This document shows, piece after piece, positions 27,903-38,075 of a stretch of DNA of 64,000 bases. The notes beneath the pieces are model-generated. The model saw nothing but the letters and a program-made list of their open reading frames with translations. It did no database searches and was not told the origin of the DNA. Positions within the stretch are counted from its first letter, which is position 1; each line of letters opens with the position of its first letter. The position numbers and the translations under genes are program-made. Source of the stretch: an uncultured Desulfovibrio sp. (GTDB lineage: Bacteria; Desulfobacterota; Desulfovibrionia; Desulfovibrionales; Desulfovibrionaceae); assembly GCA_934546745.1 (NCBI GenBank), contig CAKTDV010000009.1, positions 16,070 through 80,069 on the forward strand, written 5' to 3'.

Positions 27903-30089
27903 TCAGAGAAGCGCGCCTTCCCAGTTGAACAGGCTTTGGCGGCGGGTTTCGGGGAGAGTCTGCGGGGGATATTCCTCAAAATGCGCAAAGAAACTGTACC
28001 CTGCGGCGGTAAGCTCCTGACGTTTGGCGGTCAGATCCAGCGGCCAGCCGGGATACAGCCAGACGTTGCCGCCATAGGTCCTTGCCCAGAAGACTTCCCC
28101 TTTGGGGCTGACAAACGGCTCGTTGCTCTTGATTCCCAGCAGACCGAAGCGGCTTATACCGACGGGCCAGAAGCCGGACAGAACCATTCCCAGGGGGAGG
28201 GGGCTTTGCCCTGGCAGGGCAAGAATATCCCCGGCGGCCAGTTCCGGGCTGATGAAGGCGCCCGAAAAGCCCATGCGCGCCAGCATACCCAGCGCGGGCG
28301 CATTGGCGATATTGCAGAAGGGGCCAGCCAGCAGATCCAGCATCCCCTTGTCGCCGTGGATATCGTCTTTTTGCGTGGCGTGCAGGTTTTCCAGCAGAGG
28401 CGCGGGGAAAAGATCGCGCTGCCAGGGAGCGTTGCAGACGAAATGCCGCGCCCCTTCCCGGCAGAGGCGGGCAATGGCGCGGCGCAGCCCATCCTCTTCC
28501 TCTGGCCAGAGGACGGGCGGCAGCCACCAGCATATTCTGGGAGCAACAGTGCGGGAGATCGCCGCCGTGCGCGGGGATAGCCACAAGGCCATGAACTGGT
28601 TGCGGCTGCCGCGCGTCTCCCTGCCTTGCGGCAGGCCGGGGCGAACAACCATATCCGGGCGCGGGCGCGGCCTGGCGGTCATGGGACGGGGGAGGCGCGG
28701 GGCTTCCTCGACCATGCGCGATGTCCGGACGGGCATGCTTTCCAGCCGTGCCTGCCAGTCTCGCAGCAGATGCAGCAGTTCCGGTTCGCGGCGATCAATG
28801 AGAAAGACAGGCGTACCCGTCTTGGGAGTTTTGTGCCTGGGGAGGCGTAATTGCAGGGTTCCCGCCTTGGGAATGCGGCGGGTGACGGGCAGGGTCGCGT
28901 GCCATCGTTCGTCCTCGACGCCGATGCGCAGATAATCCCGCGGCAGCAGCTCAAAGTGCGGTTTGAGGATGACCTGGCCTTCAGGCGTGATTTTGATTTT
29001 GCCCGCCAGCAGACCTGAGCTTGTCTGCCCGGAAGGATCCGTGGGAACCGTCTGTCTCCCCTGCGGCAGGAAGCGCGCCCGGCTGCTGGGACGGCCCAGA
29101 GCCATTTGCAGAATGGCTTCCGCATCTTTGCGGGCACGCGGTTCATGAGAGTGATCGCGCAGCATCCGGTAGGCCGTGACGACATGATAGACGTAGTGCG
29201 GTCCTTTTTTGCGGCCTTCGATTTTCCATGAGGCCAGATGCGGAATGCCGCGCAGCGTTCTTGCCAGCACGTCCAGCGACAGATCCAGACAGGAGAAGAA
29301 GCGCCCGTCGCGTCCCTTGCCCGTTTTTTGCGGACGGCGGTTGCGCTCCCGCGTGGTGTGTCCGTGGCGTCTGTCTTCGGGGTTCCCCTGATGCGCGTTG
29401 CGTTCCGCCTGACGTTGCAAGGTCTGTACGGCGGATCCTCCCTGATGATAGACGCGGCGGCAGGGCTGCACGCAGCGTCCGCGCAGGCCGCTCTTGCCTC
29501 CCATATAACTGGACCAGTAGCAGCGCCCGGAAACGCAATAGCACAATGCGCCGTGAACGAAGCATTCCAGATCCAGCCCGGAGGGGCAGGCTTCGCCCAT
29601 GAGGCGGATTTCGTCGATGGACAGTTCGCGCGGCAGAATGACGCGGTCCGCGCCCAACGATCGGGCCGTCAGAAGCGCCTGCGGATGGGTAAGATTTGCC
29701 AGCGTGGAGAGAAAAAGCCCCCCGGTGAAACCTGCCTGCCGGGCAATGTCCAGAAAGGCGATGTCCTGTACGATGAGGCCGTCAGGAGCGACCTGCCGGG
29801 CCAGGCGCGCAATCATGCGGTAGGCCGCGGCGGGTTCGCCGGGTTTGAGCAGCGTATTCATGGCGACATAGACCCGCGCGTTCTCGGCGTGGGCCAGATC
29901 TGTCAGGCGGGACAGTTCCGCAAGACCAAAATTTTCAGCCTGCATACGGGCGGAAAAATGTTTCAGTCCGAGATAGACGGCATCCGCGCCCGCGGCAAGC
30001 GCCGCCAGAAAGGAGGGGGTATCGCCCGCGGGTGCAAGAATTTCCGGGAGGGTTTCCGCGATGTCGGCGGGAACAGCGTGATCAGGCAT
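27903..30089 (-). CDS. Peptidase U32-family protein (long, 728 aa)
   Basis: The N-terminus EILAPAGD...GADAVYLG...FSAR is the U32 signature region. There is an internal basic low-complexity insert. Confidence 0.85.
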   Translation of the reverse strand: MPDHAVPADIAETLPEILAPAGDTPSFLAALAAGADAVYLGLKHFSARMQAENFGLAELSRLTDLAHAENARVYVAMNTLLKPGEPAAAYRMIARLARQVAPDGLIVQDIAFLDIARQAGFTGGLFLSTLANLTHPQALLTARSLGADRVILPRELSIDEIRLMGEACPSGLDLECFVHGALCYCVSGRCYWSSYMGGKSGLRGRCVQPCRRVYHQGGSAVQTLQRQAERNAHQGNPEDRRHGHTTRERNRRPQKTGKGRDGRFFSCLDLSLDVLARTLRGIPHLASWKIEGRKKGPHYVYHVVTAYRMLRDHSHEPRARKDAEAILQMALGRPSSRARFLPQGRQTVPTDPSGQTSSGLLAGKIKITPEGQVILKPHFELLPRDYLRIGVEDERWHATLPVTRRIPKAGTLQLRLPRHKTPKTGTPVFLIDRREPELLHLLRDWQARLESMPVRTSRMVEEAPRLPRPMTARPRPRPDMVVRPGLPQGRETRGSRNQFMALWLSPRTAAISRTVAPRICWWLPPVLWPEEEDGLRRAIARLCREGARHFVCNAPWQRDLFPAPLLENLHATQKDDIHGDKGMLDLLAGPFCNIANAPALGMLARMGFSGAFISPELAAGDILALPGQSPLPLGMVLSGFWPVGISRFGLLGIKSNEPFVSPKGEVFWARTYGGNVWLYPGWPLDLTAKRQELTAAGYSFFAHFEEYPPQTLPETRRQSLFNWEGALL

Positions 30090-31092
30090 AGCGGTAGTAT
30101 TCCTTGAACCACCTTACGAAGCGGGCGATCCCTTCGGCCAGGGGCGTCACCGGCGCAAAGCCGGTGAGCGAGGCCAGCGCGTCGATGCTGGCCCAGGTGG
30201 CTTCCACATCGCCCGGTTGCATGGGCAGCAGATGCCGTTTGGCCTTTTTGCCCAGCGCGTCTTCCAGGGTGGCGATAAAGTCGTTGAGCGCGACAGTCTG
30301 ATTGTTGCCGATATTGAAAATACGCCACGGAGCGGCACTGGAGGCCGGATCGGGGTGCCCGGCGTCCCAGTCCGGCGTGCGCGCTGGCGGCAGGAGGAGC
30401 AGGCGCGCCACGCCTTCCACAATATCGTCAATATAGGTAAAATCGCGGCGCATATGCCCATTGTTGAAAACCTTGATGGGCTCGCCGCGCATGATGGCAT
30501 GGGCGAAGAGCTGCAGCGCCATGTCCGGACGCCCCCACGGGCCATAGACGGTAAAGAAGCGCAGCCCCGTGCAGGGAAGGTTGAACAGATGGCTGTAGGC
30601 ATGCGCCATGAGCTCGTTGCTTTTCTTGGAAGCCGCATAGAGGCTTACCGGATGATCCACGTTGTCATGTTCCGAAAAGGGCTGATGCGCGTTCAGGCCA
30701 TAGACGGAAGAGGAGGAGGCAAACACCAGATGCCGCACGCCGGTCTGGCGGCAGCCCTCAAGGATATTGCCAAAGCCGACAAGGTTGGAGGAAATATAGG
30801 AGGCGGGGTTGATCAGGCTGTAGCGGACGCCCGCCTGCGCGGCCAGATTGACGGCATGGCTGAAGCCTTCCCGCCGGAACAGATCCGCCATGCCCGCACC
30901 GTCGGCCAGATCCAGCTTTTCGAAGCGGAAGTTTCCATTGTCCGCCAGCCGGGCGAGCCTGTCCTGTTTCAGACGGACATCGTAATAGTCGTTGAGATTG
31001 TCGATACCAACAACGGTATGTCCGTCCGCCGTCAGACGGCGGGAGAGATGGAAGCCGATAAAACCGGCCGCGCCGGTAACAAGCACATGCAT
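30082..31092 (-). CDS. NAD-dependent nucleotide-sugar epimerase (UDP-glucuronate 4-epimerase-like SDR)
   Basis: MHVLVTGAAGFIGFHL, YAASK catalytic motif, 336 aa. The stop overlaps the U32 start by 8 nt. Confidence 0.85.
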   Translation of the reverse strand: MHVLVTGAAGFIGFHLSRRLTADGHTVVGIDNLNDYYDVRLKQDRLARLADNGNFRFEKLDLADGAGMADLFRREGFSHAVNLAAQAGVRYSLINPASYISSNLVGFGNILEGCRQTGVRHLVFASSSSVYGLNAHQPFSEHDNVDHPVSLYAASKKSNELMAHAYSHLFNLPCTGLRFFTVYGPWGRPDMALQLFAHAIMRGEPIKVFNNGHMRRDFTYIDDIVEGVARLLLLPPARTPDWDAGHPDPASSAAPWRIFNIGNNQTVALNDFIATLEDALGKKAKRHLLPMQPGDVEATWASIDALASLTGFAPVTPLAEGIARFVRWFKEYYRYA

Positions 31093-31454
31093 GGCGATCT
31101 CCTTCTGCGTCATGAACGGGGCCGCGACTGGCGGCGTTGCCCGCGCGCGGCGGAAAAAACGCGCTTCTCTCTGTGTGCGGGCGCGGTTCTCCATTTCCCA
31201 TCGTCCGCCAGAGCGGTCGCGTTTTCAACGTGAAACCGCTCCAAGAAGGTACGTCAGAAGGCGGGCGCGGGCAAGAGGGCTTGTGAGGCCCGTGCAAGGC
31301 GGCTATCATGGAGCATATGTGTCCATCACTTTTTTGCGAGGGTAGCAGTTTGGATAGACATTCCCTGCCGTCTCACGGTATGCGCGCCGATGCGGGCTGG
31401 ACTTTCGCTCGTCCGGCCTCCCGTCTCTATCGTTCCGATCCCGGAAAGGATGCC

Positions 31455-32201
31455 ATGTGGTATATGTTTATTGCGGTCGTGCTGCTGGAGCTGGCCGTGG
31501 CTGTGGTCGCCATGCTCTGCGGCATCATGGGGGCGGAACCGGCGGTTCCCGGAGGGGCGCCTGTTGTGCGGTTTCCCTGGCTGGGCTGGGGGGTCGGCGC
31601 GGTTGTCGCGCCCGTGGCGCTTTTTCTTCTGCTGCAGCTTTCCAGCCTTGTGTTGACCAAGGCCCTGGACGGTTCCGTGGAGGCCGCGCCAGAGGCGCCG
31701 GACGCCAACCTTGTCCCGCAACGTGTGCGCCGCTTCTATGCCTGTGTGCGCCATGCGCCGGTGGTTGTTCTGCTGGTCTGTCTGCTGTTGCTGGGCGCGG
31801 CCATGATCTTCCTTGGCGATTTCTGGGAAGCCGTACGCCTTGCGGGCGGCGCGCTGACGCCCTATGTGCCGTGGTTTGTGGGTGGCGCGGCCGCCTTTTT
31901 GGCTGTGGGCTATCTGGGGCGTCTGTTTTTCGTCTTTCGCCATCGCCAGATGGAGCAGGAGTACGCCTTTCGGCGTGAGGTTCTGGAAAAGACGGGCATC
32001 GTCCTCGTCAGCAAGAACAGTGTGCCGCTGGCCCCCGCGGGACAGGGGATCGAAGCCTTGCCCGGCGGGGGGTATCAGATGACGGATTCCCCGGCGCTTC
32101 CTCCCGCCGTCTCACCGGAAAGTCCGGTGGCTCCCGATGTCGCCGATACCGGCGATGTGGTCGATGTGGACGACGGGGATGTGCGCCCTGCAAGGAACTA
32201 A
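31455..32201 (+). CDS. Hypothetical membrane protein with acidic Pro-rich tail
   Basis: About 4 TM helices, then ...SPALPPAVSPESPVAPDVADTGDVVDVDDGD. No family recognised. Confidence 0.55.
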   Translation: MWYMFIAVVLLELAVAVVAMLCGIMGAEPAVPGGAPVVRFPWLGWGVGAVVAPVALFLLLQLSSLVLTKALDGSVEAAPEAPDANLVPQRVRRFYACVRHAPVVVLLVCLLLLGAAMIFLGDFWEAVRLAGGALTPYVPWFVGGAAAFLAVGYLGRLFFVFRHRQMEQEYAFRREVLEKTGIVLVSKNSVPLAPAGQGIEALPGGGYQMTDSPALPPAVSPESPVAPDVADTGDVVDVDDGDVRPARN

Positions 32202-32255
32202 GCGCCTGGTATGGGGACGGAAGCCTTCCCGGGAAGGCTTCCGTCCCCCGGACGG

Positions 32256-34082
32256 TTATTCCACGGTAACGCTCTTGGCCAGATTCCGCGGCTGATCGAC
32301 ATCTTTGCCAAGATAGTCGGCGGTTTCGTAGCTGAAGAGCTGGAGAGCGGGCAGCGCCATGAAGGAAGAGAAGGGCGCGGGCATGGCGGGAATTTCCCAG
32401 ATGTCGTCCGCATCCAGCGCAGCGCCGGGATTGGTCAGCGCGATGACCTTGCCCTGTCTGGCCTGCACCTCCACAATATTGGAACGCACCTTGGGAAAGA
32501 GCCTGTCGTCAAGAGCCAGCGCGAACGTGGGGAAGGAGGGATCAATCAGCGCGATGGGGCCGTGCTTCATTTCTCCGGAGGCGTAGCCTTCGGCGTGGAT
32601 ATAGGAAAGCTCCTTGAGCTTGAGCGCCCCTTCCAGCGCCAGGGCATGGCAGAGGCCGCGTCCCAGATAGAAAAAGTTACGGGCCTGCGCATAGCGGCGG
32701 GAAAGTTCGCGCGCCCGCTCGTGCATGGCGGGAAGCGCGGCTTCCAGCGCGGCGGGCAGGACATTGAGCTGGCGGATATGGGTGGCTGCCCTGTCTGCGG
32801 AGAGACGCTGCCGCCGTTGCCCCCAGAAGAGCGCGATGAGCGTCAGCGCCAGCATCTGGCTGCACATGGCCTTGGTGGAGGCGACGCTGATTTCCGGCCC
32901 GGCCTGCGTGTAGAAGACGGCCGACGCCTCGCGGGCGATGCTCGATCCGACGGCATTGCAGAGTCCCAGCACGGAGATGCCCCTGGTACGGGCGATGCGC
33001 AGGGCGGCGAGAGTGTCCGCTGTTTCGCCGCTCTGGCTGATGACCAGCGCCATGTCGTTCCGGGCCAGCGGCAGATGATCGCGGTAGCGGAATTCCGACG
33101 CTATCTCCACCTGGGTGGGGATGCCCGCCCAGGATTCCAGAAGCTGTCGCGCCCAGAGCCCCGCATGGTAGGAAGTACCGCAGGCAACGATATGCAGGCG
33201 TTCGGGCACGGGAAGCCCCTCCAGCTCCGCAAGGGCAATGCCGTTGCCGTTTTCATTGACGCGTCCTGTCAGTCCGTCGCGAAGCACACGGGGCTGCTCG
33301 AAGATTTCCTTGAGCATGAAGTGCCGGTAGCCGCCTTTCCGCGCCGCCTGCATGTCCCACTGTATGGTCTGGAGCGCGCGCGCCACAGGCGACAGATCCT
33401 CAATCCGCATGATGGCATGGTCTGTGGCCGTTGCGCGGATAAGTTCCCCGTCCTCAAGAAAGAGGACCTCGCGCGTGTAGGGGAGAAAGGCGGGAATATC
33501 GGAAGCGATGAAATTCTCACCCGCGCCCGCGCCGAAAACAAGAGGGGCGGACATACGCGCCGCATAGAGCGTATTGGGTTCGTCCATGCTCAGAAGGCAG
33601 ACGGCGTAGGCGCCGTGAACCTGACGCAGGGCGGCGGCAAAGGCATGGAGGATGTCCGGCGCCGTTTTGCGGCATTCCTCAATCAGATTGACGAGGACTT
33701 CCGTATCGGTTTCAGAGTGAAAGACATAGCCTTTGGTCAGCAGGTCTTCCTTGATCTGCTGGTAGTTTTCAATGATGCCGTTGTGGACAAGGGCAATGTT
33801 GCCGCTGTTGGAGAGATGCGGATGCGCGTTGCGCTCGGCGGGAACGCCGTGCGTTGCCCAGCGCGTGTGCCCCATGGCCGTTGTCGCCATGGTGACGGGG
33901 CGCTGGGCCAGTTTGTCTTCCAGCGCGGACAGCTTTCCCGGCGCGCGCGCGATGTGCAGTTTGCCGCACTGGGTGTAGGCAATGCCCGCGGAATCATAGC
34001 CGCGGTACTCCAGACGGCGCAGGCCTTCGACGACAACAGGAACAGCCGGACGGTGTCCGGTATAACCGATAATGCCGCACAT
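32256..34082 (-). CDS. glmS: Glutamine--fructose-6-phosphate aminotransferase
   Basis: MCGIIGY N-terminal nucleophile, two SIS domains and the C-terminal ...NLAKSVTVE. Start set at MCG (ATG 34082). Confidence 0.95.
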   Translation of the reverse strand: MCGIIGYTGHRPAVPVVVEGLRRLEYRGYDSAGIAYTQCGKLHIARAPGKLSALEDKLAQRPVTMATTAMGHTRWATHGVPAERNAHPHLSNSGNIALVHNGIIENYQQIKEDLLTKGYVFHSETDTEVLVNLIEECRKTAPDILHAFAAALRQVHGAYAVCLLSMDEPNTLYAARMSAPLVFGAGAGENFIASDIPAFLPYTREVLFLEDGELIRATATDHAIMRIEDLSPVARALQTIQWDMQAARKGGYRHFMLKEIFEQPRVLRDGLTGRVNENGNGIALAELEGLPVPERLHIVACGTSYHAGLWARQLLESWAGIPTQVEIASEFRYRDHLPLARNDMALVISQSGETADTLAALRIARTRGISVLGLCNAVGSSIAREASAVFYTQAGPEISVASTKAMCSQMLALTLIALFWGQRRQRLSADRAATHIRQLNVLPAALEAALPAMHERARELSRRYAQARNFFYLGRGLCHALALEGALKLKELSYIHAEGYASGEMKHGPIALIDPSFPTFALALDDRLFPKVRSNIVEVQARQGKVIALTNPGAALDADDIWEIPAMPAPFSSFMALPALQLFSYETADYLGKDVDQPRNLAKSVTVE

Positions 34083-34132
34083 GGTATGATCTCCTTGGCA
34101 GGGGTAATCTGATGACGCATCCGCGTAGCGCG

Positions 34133-36031
34133 CTAGCCCGCCTTGCGGGCCACGATGTCGGGATGCAGCACGGTAATGTCGGCGTTTTTGAGAAGATCGC
34201 GCATGAAGATGGAGAAGATTGCCTGGGCGCGCTGTCCTGTGGCGACCTGTTGCATGATATTCCGCATGCTGTTCCATTCGGTCTCGTCCGGCTGCAACGC
34301 CGCGTCAATCCGGCAGAGTAGCGCGCCCTGTCCCCGCGTCTCGCTGCGGGCGGCGACGGGATTGGTCCACTGGCCGGTTTCGGTTGTGAAAATGGCGTTG
34401 CTCACGGCGGCGGAAGGCTCGAAGCCGGGGAGCGCGCCGCCGCGATCGACAGTCGCCTTGCTCAGGGGGGAGGACGCCTGTGTGGAGGCTTCCAGCGCCG
34501 AGCGCTGTCCCGCGGCCTTTTCCAGCACCGTTCGCAGCGCGGTTTCCTCTTGGAGCGCTTTTTCCAGATCGCCCCGTACGGCGGCCAGATCCGGCGTATG
34601 GGCTTCTTCCACGGCGGCGGCGCGGCAGACAAGGTACCCGTCGCCGGCGGCCAGCGGCGTATCCAGCGGCATGTTGGCGGAAAGCCGCATCAGCGGCGCG
34701 ACGGCTTCGGCAGTCACGCCCAGGGCTTCGGCCAGGGCTGCCTGCGTCAGCGGGGCGGTTTTTTCCGCCTTGAGATGGAAGGTGGCGGCGGTCTTGTCCA
34801 GCGGAGTTCCAAGGATGGCCGCCTCCAGCAGCGCGTCCAGCGCTTCGTTCAGGCGGGCCGCGCCCTGTTCTTTGGCGATAGTGGCGCGGATTTCATCCCT
34901 GACGCTGTCCAGGGGGGCGCGTCCGGCGGTCTTTCGATCCTCCACCTTGATAAGGTGCAGGCCGAACTGGCTTCGCACCACATCGGATATGGCGCCGGGT
35001 TTCAGGGCAAAGGCGGCGTCGGCAAAGGGTTTGACGAGCTTGTCGCGTTCCACCCAGCCCAGCTCTCCGCCCGGCCCTGCGGCCCGCGGGCCGTTGTGGG
35101 CGTCGGCGACGGCCGCGAAACTTTTGCCGCCGTCCAGTTCCCTGCGGATGGCAGCCATGGCTGCCTCGGCTTTTTTGGCGTCGGCTTCCCCGGCATCGGG
35201 AGCCAGCGGCACGAGGATATGCGCGGCCTTGACCTGTTCGGGAGTCGCAAAGCTGCGGGGGTGCCCGTCATACCAGCGGCGCACGTCGTCGTCGCCGACG
35301 CTTTCGGCTGGCGCCAGCGCTTCCGGGGAAACCCGTACAAACTCAACGGCTACCCGGCGCGGAATGGCAAGGCTTTGCCTGCGGGCTTCGTAGGCGTCCT
35401 GAATATCTTTCTCCGAAGGAGGAGCGGCCTTGACGCCTGAGGCGGGCAGGAACAGACAGCTTACCTGGCGTTTTTGGCGCAGATAGTCGTAATGCCGTTT
35501 TGCGGCGGCGGGATCCGTCCATGCGGCATCCTGGAGGATGGACAGAATCTTGTCCCGGCGGATTTGGTTGGCAAGATCCCGCTCGAATTCGGCCATGCCC
35601 ATGTGCCGGCTGTTCAGGACCTGCTCATAGCGGGCGGGGTCAAAGCGCCCCTGTTCGTTCTGAAAGGCGGGGATACCTTCCGCAAGCTGACGCATTTCCA
35701 GCGGCGTCGCATCCAGACCAAGGCGGACGGCCGTCTGTTGCAGCAGGAGCTGCTGGACGAGATCCCTGAGCACATTTTCACCAAGGCCGGAAGCCGCAAG
35801 CTGTTCGCGCGTCAGGGAGGGGTTGCGTGTGACAGCCTCGGATTCCGCCTGCTGATAGGCTCGTTCGAACTCGTTGACCGTAATGGGTTCGCCGTTGACC
35901 GTAGCGACGACGTTACCGGCGCTGCGATCCGTAAAACTGCCCACTCCCCAGCCGATGAAGACCAGAATAATCAGACCGAAAATACATTTGACGCCGAAAG
36001 ATTGGGCGTTGGAGCGAAAATAGTCAAGCAT
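34133..36031 (-). CDS. ppiD: Periplasmic chaperone / parvulin-type PPIase PpiD
   Basis: N-terminal anchor MLDYFRSNAQSFGVKCIFGLIILVFIGWG and a parvulin domain ...AAHILV...GGELGWV...SQFGLHLIKVEDR. Confidence 0.85.
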   Translation of the reverse strand: MLDYFRSNAQSFGVKCIFGLIILVFIGWGVGSFTDRSAGNVVATVNGEPITVNEFERAYQQAESEAVTRNPSLTREQLAASGLGENVLRDLVQQLLLQQTAVRLGLDATPLEMRQLAEGIPAFQNEQGRFDPARYEQVLNSRHMGMAEFERDLANQIRRDKILSILQDAAWTDPAAAKRHYDYLRQKRQVSCLFLPASGVKAAPPSEKDIQDAYEARRQSLAIPRRVAVEFVRVSPEALAPAESVGDDDVRRWYDGHPRSFATPEQVKAAHILVPLAPDAGEADAKKAEAAMAAIRRELDGGKSFAAVADAHNGPRAAGPGGELGWVERDKLVKPFADAAFALKPGAISDVVRSQFGLHLIKVEDRKTAGRAPLDSVRDEIRATIAKEQGAARLNEALDALLEAAILGTPLDKTAATFHLKAEKTAPLTQAALAEALGVTAEAVAPLMRLSANMPLDTPLAAGDGYLVCRAAAVEEAHTPDLAAVRGDLEKALQEETALRTVLEKAAGQRSALEASTQASSPLSKATVDRGGALPGFEPSAAVSNAIFTTETGQWTNPVAARSETRGQGALLCRIDAALQPDETEWNSMRNIMQQVATGQRAQAIFSIFMRDLLKNADITVLHPDIVARKAG

Positions 36032-36110
36032 GCCTTCTCCGGAGAAACGGATTTTGCCTTGCGGTGGGAGTCCACAAGACAGCGTATCATATGCAGGATT
36101 TTCCGCAAAC

Positions 36111-38033
36111 TCAAGATTGCCGGTCGTGCGTCCGCGGTCGCGGTAGGCCCAGCAGCGTTCGCCAGCGGGGCAGGGCGGGATCCAGACGCAGGAAGTCCGG
36201 ATCCAGGTGGGGAACCGGAGGGACGCCGCTGACAAGCGCCTGACGGACGTCCTCAAGCGTTCCGGTACGGACAAGTCCGGAGACGTTTTGCAGCGGGCAG
36301 AGATCAAAGTCGCCGCTGGGCCGCATGACCATGAGCGGCAGGGCGCGCAACGCCGCTTCCAGGGCGACGGTTGTGGAGTTGGAGGCCCAGACGGCCGTTC
36401 CGGGAAGAAGCTGTTCCGCAATGGCGCCGTCGGCAATGGCAAGGCGTTGGGCATCGCCGCCAAGGAGCTTGCGGAAAAGATCCTCCACAGGCAGGTAGGG
36501 ATGTGGTTTGACCACAATCTCAAAGCGATCCAGGAGTCCCTCGCGCAGGCTGCGCGCCAGCAGGGAGACATGCGCGCGTGTCTCGTCGGCAAAGAAGCTT
36601 GTTACCACCAGCAGGCGTGGACGGTGTGCGGCGTGAGCGGAGGTGGGCATCCACTTCAGGTAGAGGTAGCGTAGCGCTTCGACTTCCCCCAGACGATCGG
36701 CGGGGACGCCGGCACTCCGCCATTGCGTGAGGGCGTTGTTGCCGTTGGCTAGAATGCGATCTGGCTGGAAGGTTCGCGGCGTTCCTTCAGTGAAGGTACG
36801 GGGATCGTCAAAATAGCGGAAATCCGTGGGGCGGATGGTGGAATGCTGCGCGCCGTAGACGGGACCGTCCCCTTTACGGATCGTATGCACGGCGTGCGTG
36901 AGCATCCGTTCCCACGGGCAGTTTTCCAGGGGAAAGACATACCAGCGCTGGGGGCCGATTCTCCGGATGTAATTGGCGATGCCACGCTGTTGCAGGCAGC
37001 GTTCGAGGCCGCGCCAGCCGGAGAAGCTTTCCCGCCAGTCTGCGGCCATGTATTCCCAGAAAACCATATGCGAACCACGAAAGCGGAAGGCGTCGCGCAG
37101 TGATGCTTCCAGCCTGCGGGCATGACGCGCAATGCGGCAGTGACGCTTCCAGGCGGCACAGAGATCACGGGGGGCAAGAAACTCTTCCACATAATCAAAG
37201 GAAAGCCCGTCTTTGCCCGATGCCCGGAAAGCGTCCCGCCAGCGCAGGCATTGATCGAGATTCCCCTGGGGCGAGGGAAAGCGCAGGAAAAGCCAGCGGA
37301 CGCCGGGAGCGCCCTCTTCAGCCAGCGCGCCGTGCAGATTTTCCCAGTAGCGGGAGTGAAACTGTCCCTTTGCGGCGGGCGCGGTATCAATATTGGGAAA
37401 ATACGTTGCAATGACACCCGTCGTACCCCCGCCGTGCGGTACGCCGCTGATCTCCGCCAAGGGCGCGTCGCCAACGAAGGGGAGGTGCCGGCGCACAGTC
37501 CACCACCAATGCGCGAAGCGCAGCAGGCTCCGTGGGAGGGGAGGGCAGGCGTTATACAGACGCCGTTTCACGGAACACGTTTCTCTGGTGCGGACGCCTT
37601 CGCAGGAAAAGCGTCGTCCGGTCAGCTCGCAAAATTGCTTCAACGTACCGCGTAACAGCCTGTCGCCCCCAACAAGGCAGAGTTCCTGGACATCATCACG
37701 GGTAGCCAGCCAGAGTTCCAGCGCGCGTAATTTATACACGGGATAGAGGCAGGGACTCATTTTGGGATGACGCTCATAGAGCAGGGAACACCACCATGAG
37801 GACAACGATTCGCCGCATTGAAGCCAACGTTCCACGGGTTGTCCATCAATGTGGACAGAGGCCATTTCATAGGCCCAAGCGGTATGTTCAGTCCGGATTT
37901 GGAGAAGATATTTCTGAAGCAAGGCGGGGATGGCAGTATGTCCCGCTGGAGTATCCCACGCTTCCCAGTGGAGGATGTCTCCGTCCGTAGGGTAGCTTTG
38001 CGTTGCTGTTGTGTAGATGTAAGCTTTTTTCAT
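36111..38033 (-). CDS. Large hypothetical protein (640 aa), possibly a surface-carbohydrate-related transferase
   Basis: Long ORF with coding-like composition. I see only a vague resemblance to uncharacterised O-antigen-region transferase families, and I could confirm no motif. Confidence 0.55.
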   Translation of the reverse strand: MKKAYIYTTATQSYPTDGDILHWEAWDTPAGHTAIPALLQKYLLQIRTEHTAWAYEMASVHIDGQPVERWLQCGESLSSWWCSLLYERHPKMSPCLYPVYKLRALELWLATRDDVQELCLVGGDRLLRGTLKQFCELTGRRFSCEGVRTRETCSVKRRLYNACPPLPRSLLRFAHWWWTVRRHLPFVGDAPLAEISGVPHGGGTTGVIATYFPNIDTAPAAKGQFHSRYWENLHGALAEEGAPGVRWLFLRFPSPQGNLDQCLRWRDAFRASGKDGLSFDYVEEFLAPRDLCAAWKRHCRIARHARRLEASLRDAFRFRGSHMVFWEYMAADWRESFSGWRGLERCLQQRGIANYIRRIGPQRWYVFPLENCPWERMLTHAVHTIRKGDGPVYGAQHSTIRPTDFRYFDDPRTFTEGTPRTFQPDRILANGNNALTQWRSAGVPADRLGEVEALRYLYLKWMPTSAHAAHRPRLLVVTSFFADETRAHVSLLARSLREGLLDRFEIVVKPHPYLPVEDLFRKLLGGDAQRLAIADGAIAEQLLPGTAVWASNSTTVALEAALRALPLMVMRPSGDFDLCPLQNVSGLVRTGTLEDVRQALVSGVPPVPHLDPDFLRLDPALPRWRTLLGLPRPRTHDRQS

Positions 38034-38046
38034 GGCGGCAGTGTGC

Positions 38047-38068
38047 CGGTGTTTCATATGAAACACCG
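38047..38068. promoter_or_regulatory. Perfect 22-bp palindrome CGGTGTTTCAT|ATGAAACACCG
   Basis: Read directly. It lies 8 nt after the mtnA stop and 14 nt before the ATG of the 640-aa ORF. Confidence 0.4.
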
Positions 38069-38075
38069 ACTGCTT

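Noticed and set aside
32211-34112. 633-aa plus-strand ORF.
   Set aside because: It is antisense to glmS, which has an MCGIIGY N-terminus and SIS domains.
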